Assembly (NCBI RefSeq): GCF_009914755.1
Contig: NC_060925.1
Reading direction: 5' to 3' (one strand)
Source: the human T2T-CHM13v2.0 reference genome, Homo sapiens
Length of the DNA stretch: 64,000 nt
Below, one piece after another: positions 46,803 to 59,703 of the stretch. Within the stretch, counting starts at the first letter, position 1. Each line of letters starts with the position of its first letter. Below the pieces are notes generated by a model. The model was not told where the DNA came from. It was given only the letters and a program-made list of their open reading frames with translations, and did not search any database. Made by a program: the position numbers and the translations under genes.

Positions 46803-48073
46803 TCAGGCTCTTGTTTTTTTTTGTTGTTGTTGTTTGTTTGTTTGTTTTTTTGCTTTCACATGAAATTCGGATTGGTTTTTCTAATTCTGTGACACATGAT
46901 GTTGGCGTTTTAATAAGAATTGCATTGAATCTGTAGATGTGAGGAAGTGTTGACAGAACATGGCTGTGTTCTTGTCCAAATAGTGGGGGAGGGAGTGGCA
47001 AACACATGCACATAAGAGCCTGGCAGAGTAGCATGAAGCCAGAGGTGGGAAGAGAAGAAGCTGGGCCAGAGCTATGGGTCTGGGGCCAGTGTTACCTGTT
47101 CCATCATCTTCCAGCCCAGAAGAGAAAACAGATTTTAGTTAAGGTGATTGGGTTGCCTTTGTCACTTATATGTTTTAGTCATCTGGTATGTAGCCTGTAT
47201 TTGTACCCTTGTCCTCGACTGTGCAAGTGTTGGGATGAACCTGAGTGTCTCGTGAACATGTTTTAGTTTTAAGGATTTAGACTTCGGAAAGTGCATTATT
47301 CTTTCTCATTATTCTAATTTCTAAAACCTGCATCGAGTTTACTTCACAAGCAATACCCAGGGTGAGTAGCTGTGTTCCTAAACCATCTGCACAGACCTCA
47401 AACTCAGTTCCTCGATAACACAGCCCAGATTGACTAAGACAATCCTGGTTGCTTCTTTTTTTCTGAATTTTTAGGGCATTTTACCATCTCTAAGTTTCAT
47501 TATTGTTCTTAAGCATATGCTCTATCACAGCAATATTTAAATTTCTTGTATGTAGATCTTACCTCTCAATTTAATGTTTAGGTTTCTTGTACATCTTTCC
47601 TTGCTTCAGCCATGCCTAGCACATTTGTACTTAGTGAATACTTCTACAACAGTGGGTGACCGTCGATTGCTGGACAAACAAGCAAGCCTGGTCCATGCTA
47701 AGCTGGAAAATTAGTGTTCTATTTTCCTGACTTCCAGCCCAGGAACTTGATTAGTTGTGAAGCCCTATGCAACAATAAGGCAGAGAGTGAGAGTATCCAG
47801 CCCTGTTTCTATGCCTCCTTTACCCATGCATGCTCAGAGGGCTGTGCATTTGCGAGAAACGTATTTCTTGTACCAAATTTTCCAATTATTTTCATTATCT
47901 AGATGGAAGTTCTTTTAAGAATTCATGTTTTACCTGACTGTACAGCACTCCAGACTCCGATACATTTGTACTTAAATAATGTTTTTAAGGGTGTTTTTAA
48001 GGGTTTTTTTGTTTTCTTCAATCATGATTTAGGGAGCATCACCCAGGCTGTATTTGCAAAACCACAGATGCTA

Positions 48074-49712
<1,639 letters not shown>

Positions 49713-49813
49713 TATTACCTCTGAAAGCCATGTTTGCTTTAAAAAAATTATATCCCAGGGACTGGCAGAGATTAAAATATAAATAATCCAACCCACCTTT
49801 CAAAATGTGCTAA

Positions 49814-49828
49814 CCTGTCTCAATAAAA

Positions 49829-49867
<39 letters not shown>

Positions 49868-49868
49868 A
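49814..49868 (+). repeat. (AAAT)n microsatellite preceded by an Alu-terminal motif
   Basis: cctgtctca followed by (AATA)n. Confidence 0.85.
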
Positions 49869-50166
49869 GGCTTGGATCATTCAACACATTTAAGGGTCAC
49901 AGAGAGCTGTTCACAGTGGGCTGAAAAGCATACACTCAGTGAATTAACTGCGCCTGTGCCTTCTGCGAACCGTGCTCATGAGCTTCTTCCTTGGCCTAGT
50001 TTCTCAAAATTTAGACAAAACAAAGTAGATGGCAATGTGGCAGAATTCTATCTGTTTGGTAGGTCCTCAATTAACACTGACCACCCAGGTTCTGGTGGTT
50101 ATTTTTAAACCCCTGTTGATGAGATTCTCCATGTTTAAAAGGATAAAAATTGTTTGTGTTTCTGGT

Positions 50167-50287
50167 GGCTGAAACACAAGAATCGCTTGAACCCGGGAGA
50201 CGAAAGTTGCGGTGAGCTGAGATCGCACCATTGCACTCCAGTCTGGGCGACAAAGCGAGACTCTGTCTCACACACACAAAAAGAAAT
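50167..50287 (+). mobile_element. Alu right-arm fragment
   Basis: agaatcgcttgaacccgggag...gcgagactctgtctca. Confidence 0.9.
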
Positions 50288-51178
50288 ATCCACGAGGCGC
50301 TGTCCTTCCTGCAAAAAGTGGCAAGCAAGTGGGAGAGAGATGCACTCACACAAGCCTGAGATGAGCAGAATGTGATAGGTGCTGTAATGAGCTACCAAGG
50401 GCACAGGAAACGAAGATATTCATTACAAATTGGTGACAGGGTGTGGAAAATTGAGTAAGAATTCCTACAGGAGCTGACATCTGAGTTGAATCTTACAGAT
50501 GAGGTGAAATTTCATCAGGAAGTGATGGGAGAGAGGAGGATGTGCTACAAAAGTAAAAGTGCAGACAGAACAAATGTGGGGACACAGGCGTCTGCTGGGT
50601 TTGGGGAACGCCACATCTTCTGTTACAGTTAGAGAAGAGAGGGAATGGAGTTCGGTGAGAAGCAAAGCAGCTAAATAGAGGTTAGGGAAGACCACGCAGA
50701 GACAGAAATGCGTGACAGTTTTGTGGGCAGTTTTACTTCTGTGGCAGTTACACAATTGGAAAGTCACCCAGTGAGGTGTGCATAGGTTCACATTATAAAG
50801 TGGCAAGGCCAGGAGAGATGCTCCTAGAGATACTAAGATCGGGGCAACATTGTGAGAGCATTGGTATGTCAGGGCCATGATTATCCTATGAAGAGAGCTT
50901 GGGTACACCTGCTAGCTTGGTATTTATACTTACCATGTGATCAGTGGGTAAAATATCACAGAGGCAGGTGTGTAAGTGAATGTTATGCGTGGATAAGAGG
51001 TGCGGTCCATGTTCATAGATGAGCCAATGATAAAACAAAACTCCAGCTTGTGACTATAATATTCTACCTCCACCTGTATCACTTACCTTGCATTTTCCCA
51101 CTCTCATTTTAATGTCCCCTTGATTGAAGATTGTAACTGCAAAACTCTGTTGCTACCTGGGTCATCTAGCCTTCTGTC

Positions 51179-51503
51179 ACAGCGTTTCTCAGCCATTTTT
51201 TTCACTTTTGCATTGCTAAAGAGAAAAATTAATTAGGCTTAATTTAATTTAAATATTTATTAAGTTAGCAAATTTAAATTAAATTTAAATGTTTACTGAA
51301 TAAATTAATTTAGATTTAAATTAGGCTACCTGTCTTTATAATGAAAGAAGCTTAATACTAAGGAATAAGACTTTGTTCATAGGGTTGAGCTTCCAAGAGC
51401 CACAAACCATTATAATATGCTAAGATTTTTTTATATGCTCCCACCAACCATGAACTGGTTTTCACCCTGCTGGTAGTGATATCACCCCCATTGAAAGTGC
51501 ATG
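51179..51503. mobile_element. hAT-Charlie-like non-autonomous DNA transposon (subfamily uncertain)
   Basis: Ends cagcgtttctca / ttgaaagtgcatg; internal tactaaggaataaga...agggttgagctt...gccacaaaccatt. Confidence 0.55.
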
Positions 51504-51507
51504 TTCT

Positions 51508-51983
51508 ATGCCCATGTGTGTTTATGGTAGACTATTTACAATAGAAAAGGCTTGGAACCAACCCAAATGCCCATCAATGATAGACTGGATAAAGAAAATG
51601 TGGCACATATACACCATGGAATATTATGCAGCCATAAAAAGAAGAGTTCATGTCCTTTGCAGGGACATGGATGAAGCTGGAAGCCATCATTCTCAGCAAG
51701 CTGACACAGGAACAGAAAACCAAATACCGCATGTTCTCACGCATAGGTGGGAGGTGAACAATACGAACACATGGACACAGGGAGGGGAACATCACACACT
51801 GGGCTTTTTAGGGGGTGGGAGGCAAGGGGAGGGAGAGCATTGGGAGAGATACCTAATGCATGCAGGGTCTAAAACCTAGATGACGGGTTGATAGGTGCAG
51901 CAAACCACCATGGCACACGTATACCTATGTAACACACCTGCACGTTCTGCACACGTATCCCAGAACTTAAAGTAACATAAAAA
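51508..51983 (+). mobile_element. 5'-truncated L1PA (about L1PA8-10) 3' end
   Basis: WNQPKCPSMIDWIKKMWHIYTMEYYAAIK plus 3' UTR; TSD aaagtgcatgttct / aaagtgcatattct. Confidence 0.9.
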
Positions 51984-52637
51984 AGTGCATATTCTGTTCT
52001 AATGGGTATATGCATGTATATATAAATACACACATATTTTATCATAAACCATTCTAAATTTTTCCACATACAACTTCAGTATAAATTATAAATACCATTT
52101 ACGACATAGATGCAATAAACTTTTGTGAAGCAGAGGTTGAATTTTATATACTACACTTAGCCAATGGGCTCATTTACAAGGGAAACATCAGTCTGTGAAT
52201 GATTCATTACTCAAGGGGAATGTGAGCCTTTATTTTTTAATTGCTACTATACTATGCAAAATGTTCTAGGACTTTCCAAAGAACATAAAAATAAAATTTT
52301 AAAATGGCATTGCCATTTTACAGGGAAGTCTGGAATGATGTGTACAAGTAATATGGCAATTTGAACCGCTGACCCAAAGCACCAGCCTGGAGTTCAGTAA
52401 AGTCAAAGGCAAGGAAGATGAGAACGCATTACTCAATGAGACATTCCACTTAATTGTAAATGAAATTTGAGTTAGAATTGTTTAATGCCAAGCAAAAACA
52501 AAGGGCGCTTCTCTGTCATGAGAAATCCAACACAATTTAGTCCCAGAGTTCCTAAACATGAGGGCTGGGTGACTTTCAGCTGAACAAACTCGATGGCAAG
52601 ACTTTTTCTTCTTTGCAAACTACAGGAAACATGCTTC

Positions 52638-52639
<2 letters not shown>

Positions 52640-52670
<31 letters not shown>
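52640..52670. repeat. Poly(T) tract (~31 nt)
   Basis: Directly visible. Confidence 0.95.
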
Positions 52671-52676
<6 letters not shown>

Positions 52677-52763
52677 CAGAAAAAGAGTGCATAGCTTCTG
52701 TAGTTTAGTGAAAAAGGAAAATTATATAGAAGACATTTAAAAGTAATTCTGAAATGGCCCCCC

Positions 52764-53050
52764 TTTTTTTTTTTTGAGACAGAGTCTCACTCTGTTGCCA
52801 GGCTGGAGTGCAGTGGCATGATCTTGACTCACTGCACCGCCTCCCGGGTTCAAGTGATTCTTCTGCCTCAGCCTCCTGAGTAGCTGGGACTACAAACGTG
52901 CGCCACCACGCCCAGCTAACTTTTGTATTTTTAGTAGAGACGGGGTTTCACCATGTTGGCCAGGATGGTCTTCGTCTCTTGACCTCATGATCTGCCCACC
53001 TCGGCCTTCCAAAGTACTGAGATTATAGGAGTGAGCCACTGCACCCGGCC
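52764..53050 (-). mobile_element. AluSc-like
   Basis: ggccaggatggtc...tcttgacctcatgatc; TSD ctgaaatggcc. Confidence 0.93.
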
Positions 53051-53550
53051 CTGAAATGGCCTCTTATACCCAACTGCTACTAGGCTCGCCCTGGATTTAC
53101 TTCCCTGTTGTTTTTTGACTTATATTTCAATATATAATTTAAAAAAATAAAACTGGGATAATACTAGACAAAGCTTTAAACCTTTGAACAATCATGTAGT
53201 TAACATTTCTTCATGAATTTAAATAATTTTAAATCAAGATTTTCAGTGGCTACATCATAATTTATCACCTACAGGTGTAATATTTCATGTAACTATAAGC
53301 CATCCTATTGCATATTGACTTTGATTCTAGCTTTTACTAGAATATATAATGCTACAATAAATATCCTTGAGAATAAATATTTGTTTGCATCTCTGGTTAT
53401 TTTCTTAGAATAAATTCCTTGAAATGGAATTACTAGGTGAAAAGATATCAATAAACTTTTTAAAATGTCTTTGATATGGAATAGAAATCACACTTTATTC
53501 TTTCAAAGTTTTTAGCTAAGTCTCCCCGCTCTTCTTCCCTATTCCCTTAT

Positions 53551-53552
<2 letters not shown>

Positions 53553-53589
<37 letters not shown>
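53553..53589. repeat. (CA)n microsatellite
   Basis: Directly visible. Confidence 0.95.
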
Positions 53590-53590
<1 letters not shown>

Positions 53591-53739
53591 TTTAGTTCAG
53601 CCCTTTTTTCTTTTCATTTGTCTCCTTTCCCCTTCAACACCTTCATCCTACCACATCCACGTATGTGTGAACCCCATTCTTCCCACCCAGATCACCTATG
53701 TTGACAACAGAGTTTGAATCCTTCAATACTTTAGTGTAA

Positions 53740-53947
53740 TGAGAACACTTGGACATAGGGTGGGGAACACCACACACCAAGGCCTGTTGTGGGGTAGGGG
53801 GAGCGGGGAGGGATAGCATTAGAAGACATACCTAATGTAAGTGACGAGTTAATGGGTGCAGCACACCAACATGGCGCATGTATACATATGTAACAAACCT
53901 GCACGTTGTACACATGTACCCTAGAACTTAAAAGCATAATAAAAAAA
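53740..53947 (+). mobile_element. Short L1PA (about L1PA4-5) 3' UTR insertion
   Basis: gagaacacttggaca...gggatagcattag...cacatgtaccctagaacttaaa; TSD tttagtgtaa. Confidence 0.9.
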
Positions 53948-54015
53948 TTTTTAGTGTAAATATTTTATATATTCCAAATTTTCCTTCAAAAATTTAAAAC
54001 CAATTCACTATCTTA

Positions 54016-54354
<339 letters not shown>

Positions 54355-54608
54355 TCACTGGGTATTATATTTCAATTGGAGCTTCTTTTATTACTAGTGA
54401 GCTAGTCAGTTCAAACATTTTTTAGGTCATTCGTTACTTATATAACTCTTTTTGTTTTTTAAACAAATGTTCTATTCTTGCTTTGTTGCCTGCTTTCTTT
54501 TTTGTATTGGGAGACATTTATTTTTCTTATTAATTTACAAAAGTATCAAATAGGGTGCAAATGTTGTTTCTCAGTTTTTTTTGCATACATTTAAAGTTTG
54601 ACTACTTT

Positions 54609-54895
54609 TTTTTTGAGATGGAGTTTTGCTCTTGTTGCCCATGCTGGAGTGCAATGGCACGATCTCAGCTAATTGCAACCTCTGCCTCCTGGGTTGAGGC
54701 GATTCTCCTGCCTCAGCCTCCCTAGTAGCTGGGATTGTAGGCACCTGCCACCATGCCCAGATAATTTTTGTATTTTTAGTAGAGATGGGGTTTCACCATG
54801 TTGGCCAGGCTGGTCTCGAACTCCTGACCTTACGTGATCTGTTCACCTCAGCCTCCCAAAGTGCTGGGATTACAGGTGTGAGCCACTGTGCCCAG
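54609..54895 (-). mobile_element. AluSq/Sp-like; source of the inverted duplicate
   Basis: Full dimer with T-tract; TSD tgactacttttt starting at 54599 and 54896. Confidence 0.93.
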
Positions 54896-55633
54896 TGACT
54901 ACTTTTTTAACATAGAAAATTTACTTAACTTTTCATTAACTTTATTGATCTTTATGTTCATGCTTCCTTTATTGTAAGATTACACAAATGTGTATATTTA
55001 TGCTTTCTTATAGTTTCATTATTTAATGGTTAAATATTGGCCCATCTAGAAATTCAATTTTTTAAACTGTATGAGGTAGGGGTATAGTTTTATATTATAC
55101 AAATGTATATACTTTCCCTAAGAGTTAAGCAGTTGCCCTGGGTTCAAATATTGATTAGTTTTCTTTTCCCAACTCTTCTCTTTCAACTTTGAAGATTTAT
55201 TTCATTATGTTATCTTTGAATTGGCTATTAGTACTCATAATTGAGTAATTTAAGTCATATGTAATATTATACTTCCCCATACAAGATTCAAGTTCTAGAG
55301 AATGATTTAGACTAAGATGTGGAGGTCTTCTTTGTTTAGACAGAATGACTCATATAACTTTTCTCCAATTAAATACCAATAAAGCCAGAGTCTGTCAAAC
55401 CAGTGGTTGATTCATTTCAATTTTTGAAAGTTACTCCAAGAAATAGCTTATGAAAGACTGTAGGAATGCCTCTTTATTACACACTTCTGCTAAGTTGTTG
55501 TCCTTTTTTGACACATCTTTAAGTATCTAGCAATAATACATTAAATCCATGCGATTTTTGTGCGTGTTTCTTAAATCCTCTGCACCTCAGTTTCTTCATT
55601 TGTAAAACTGGGATAATAAGAAATAAGAATACT

Positions 55634-55949
55634 GGCTGGGTACATGGCTCATGCCTATGATCCCAGCACTTTGGGAGGCTGAGGCAGGAGGATTGCTTGA
55701 GCACAGGAGTTCCAGAACAGCCTGGGCAACACAGCAAGACCCTGTGTCAACAAAAATTACAAAAATTAGCTGGGTGTGGTGGTGTGTGCCTGTGATCTCT
55801 GCTGCTCAGGAGGCTGAGGTGGGAGGATCACTTGAGCCTGGGAGGTTGAGGTTGCAGTGAGCCGTGATGGGATTGTGCCACTGCACTGCAGCCTGGGAAA
55901 CACAGAGAGACCCTGTCTCAAAAAAAGGAAGGAAGGAAGGAAGGAGAAA
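55634..55949 (+). mobile_element. AluJ with (GGAA)n tail
   Basis: Full dimer; TSD aagaatact / aagaaaact. Confidence 0.92.
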
Positions 55950-56016
55950 GAAAACTGACCTTCTCTGTTTGTGAGTCTAACACTCACAAACACATATTTG
56001 TTTGTGAAACATAGAA

Positions 56017-56330
56017 AAGTAAATTTTCTATGTTAAAAAAGTAGTCACTGGGCACAGTGGCTCACACCTGTAATCCCAGCACTTTGGGAGGCTGAGGTGA
56101 ACAGATCACGTAAGGTCAGGAGTTCGAGACCAGCCTGGCCAACATGGTGAAACCCCATCTCTACTAAAAATACAAAAATTATCTGGGCATGGTGGCAGGT
56201 GCCTACAATCCCAGCTACTAGGGAGGCTGAGGCAGGAGAATCGCCTCAACCCAGGAGGCAGAGGTTGCAATTAGCCGAGATCGTGCCATTGCACTCCAGC
56301 ATGGGCAACAAGAGCAAAACTCCATCTCAA
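56017..56330 (+). repeat. Inverted duplicate of 54613-54926 (Alu plus 31 bp of non-Alu flank)
   Basis: Base-by-base reverse complement comparison gives 313/314 identity; no A-tail and no TSD of its own. Confidence 0.97.
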
Positions 56331-57734
56331 TTTTGTGAGGTTTGTGAGGCTTTAATATGCATAAAGCCTCCAGTACTGAGTCTGTGGTTTGCTATTACTA
56401 TTATGAATGCTATCCAATGTCAAACTTACCTAGAAGTTCATTCTGCTACTGAAGACCTCTGTAATCTTTTGCTCAACTCTCTGTCCCCATTATCCTAAGT
56501 TACCTGTGATTTCCTCAAGGTACTTTTTCCCTCACATCTCAGCACTATGGATACACTGCTCCCTTTGCCGAGAATTCCCCACCCCACCTCTTCCGACCAC
56601 CCCCATCTCCCCTGATCCCCACCTTGCAGTCAGCCTTCAGGACTCAGCTCAGGCCTTAGCTTCCCCCAAGAGTCACAGTGCCTCCTACCCCAGCAAAAGT
56701 TATGTATCTCTCTTTCATGATTCCTCAGCAGTCTGTACTTTCTTCTATCAGGACATTCATTCATTTGTTCACTCATTCATTCATTTAACAAACACTTACT
56801 GAGTGGCTCCCACATACCAGACACTGAATTATCTGTCTGCCTGCCCCTGAAGAGCGTCTTATCCAACTGGCATATAGTCTGCACTTTGTAAGTGATGGCT
56901 AAACGAAAAAATGCCTTCCCAAAGAGGTACTGCCCCTAAAATGGACTTTCTGGGCTCCTTTTTTAAACCATCAAGATCCTTTTAGGGAATTCTAACATAC
57001 TCTGCAGTCTAATTTGAGTATAAAAAAAGAGGGATCCTCCTTAGTAGAAAATAGACGAGAAAGTGATAACATAACCTGGACATTCTATTTTCTTCCTGGG
57101 AGAAAAAAATTACTTATCAATTTCACCAAATTAGTGTAGATGGTATTTCCTAGGAACCTATTGTTTAAAAACAAACAAACAAAAGGCTTCCCTGCTGCTG
57201 CTCTCACTGGAAAACTCTTTCCGGTTGTTAGACTTCAGGAGATGTTTCCTGGTTGCTGATCTGACAAGAGACATCAGAAAGAACCGCATCAATCAGAGAG
57301 TTTGTGTCCTGCTCTACACACACACATACATTCACACCTCCCTTTCTCTACTACGCTTCTCTCCAAAGGTGCTTGCTGGATTCCACATCAGAATCCATAC
57401 CCCCACCCCCACCCCAGGAAAGGGTAATTGGACACATTGCCCTTCTTGAGGCCTGTGTGTCTCTGGATGCTCTGCCCTAAAACTCCTTAACCGGATGATA
57501 CAGCCCTGTATCATCTTGCTGTCAGCTCTTGATGTGCCCTGGAATTTCCAGGAATGAAGGGCACTCCGATGGAGAGTGATGTCCTTCGAGTCCTGTGACC
57601 TAGTTCTTTTCCAGTTCACTCAGTATTTTTGCAGAACAGGTGCCAAGATGGATGCATGCTATGTCCTCCCCAGTCAAATTGTGAGCATCTTCGAAGATGC
57701 CAAGTGCTGAGAACAGGGTATGTTAGCTAACTTG

Positions 57735-57751
57735 TGCTCCCTCTAGTGGCA
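57735..57751 (-). promoter_or_regulatory. Candidate CTCF binding site
   Basis: Minus strand reads CCACTAGAGGGAGC, 13/14 match to the core CCASYAGRKGGCRS, in apparently unique sequence. Confidence 0.6.
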
Positions 57752-58720
57752 CTGCAGGAGCATAACACAGATGTTCAGATAATGCCATAGGGGATGACAG
57801 CTATTCCGCATCCTAGTGAGTAAGGATGGACATGCTTTAAATGGCCAGTTATTTAAGATTTCAGAGTCAATGGTAGGAAAACCATACCATGTCATTTAAC
57901 AGTAAAAACAGTCAAATTTGGAGTTCAACTTTCTTGGATTTTTTTTAAAATTATTTCACTTTTTAAAAATAGAGGTCACAATTTGAACATAATATAAATG
58001 GGAATGCAAAATTCTAATTTATGCCCTTGGGTCTGAGTTGGTCATTGATCCAGAATAGAGGATAATATAACATGCTTATGTCACGTGCTTTTGAACTAAG
58101 TGCAACAAGGCAGAAGTAAGTGGTAATTTTCAGCATTCAAACAAAGTGAATGCACATCACGTGTGAATGGAGATGTTGAAATGTGTGTTCTGTCCAACCT
58201 GGCACTAAAGTTCTGCATAAGGCTTTTGATGTTTTGTGTCTCTCCCTCCACATACCAGATGCTGCAGAATCCACATTGCCTCCAAGGCAGCCCAGCCATG
58301 TGTCCTTGATGCTTCACGAACAATCATAAATTAGCAAAGCCAGCAGTGGCTCCCGTGACATAAGGTGGCACACTTTATGGGCTCTGCCCTCCTCGCTTCA
58401 GTGTTATTTATTCAGCTCCATATACTGTGCACCGCTTGCTCCTTTTATTACTCAGCAGAGATTTGTAAATACATAAACTCTTCCCCAAGCCATTTTCTGA
58501 AACAGATGACTGGCCGAGTGGCATGTCCTTTGTCAGAGTTTGCGCAGTGCTCACACTGCCTTGACAACAGCCACATTTCCTTATGTTCTAAGTCCTTCCT
58601 TAAATGTCTTGTGCAGGGGTCAGTCTTTTAAGATACTTTCTAAGGACTCGAGTCATGTAATTGGTCAAATGCATTGGGATATGTGACCAGATAACCAAAA
58701 TGCATTTCTTAAAATCAAGC

Positions 58721-58780
58721 AAAACAAACAAACAAAAACAAACAAACAAAAACACTCCAACCAATAATAACAACAACAAA
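58721..58780. repeat. (CAAA)n/(CAA)n low-complexity repeat
   Basis: Directly visible. Confidence 0.85.
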
Positions 58781-58806
58781 AGCAGTTTTTAGAAATTGGA
58801 CGTAAG

Positions 58807-59173
<367 letters not shown>

Positions 59174-59703
59174 TCAGTGCAGATAAAAGGACACTGGCAG
59201 TCTGGATGAGAGGCCCTGTCTTCGTAAGTCCTGAAATGCTCAGAGCAGAACCCCTTTCCCCACCTGGTGACTCCAGAGCTCCCACACTCAGCCCTTCTCT
59301 AACGCAGGAAGTAAAATTAGGTCCGAACAGAAGACAGTGAGAGTTGCTTTATCTAACTATTCATCTTGTTCTCAGCCAGCTTCTCCTGCCCTCCAACATT
59401 CACCTCCAATGTTGTTTCTGTTTTTTCTGTAAACTTTGTTGGGGACATCGGGGACTGAGAGAGCCCAGGCACAGTCTAGGGAGTCCTAAGTCTATGGAAA
59501 TGTTATAAAATTTGTTAAAAGCTTTTATTTACAAAGAGTCAGTGACCTCAGTAATTTCACAAAATATTTTGACAAAAAAAAAAAATAAAAACCCAAACTG
59601 GTGTCATTTTGTACAAGAGAAAGTTTTAGACTCACTTGGTTATGTTCTAAGACTTTCTAGGATCAGTGGTGTCAGTGCTCTCATATTCAAACCCATACAT
59701 GAA

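Larger units (their letters stand above)
55540..56405 (+). mobile_element. MIR split by an AluJ and by the inverted duplication
   Basis: cctcagtttcttcatttgtaaaactgggataata on the left; ttgtgagg...atgcataaagc...gctattactatt on the right. Confidence 0.65.

Noticed and set aside
51225-51330. AT-rich quasi-palindromic run (aatttaaatt repeats)
   Set aside because: Low-complexity interior of a DNA transposon; self-complementarity is expected from composition
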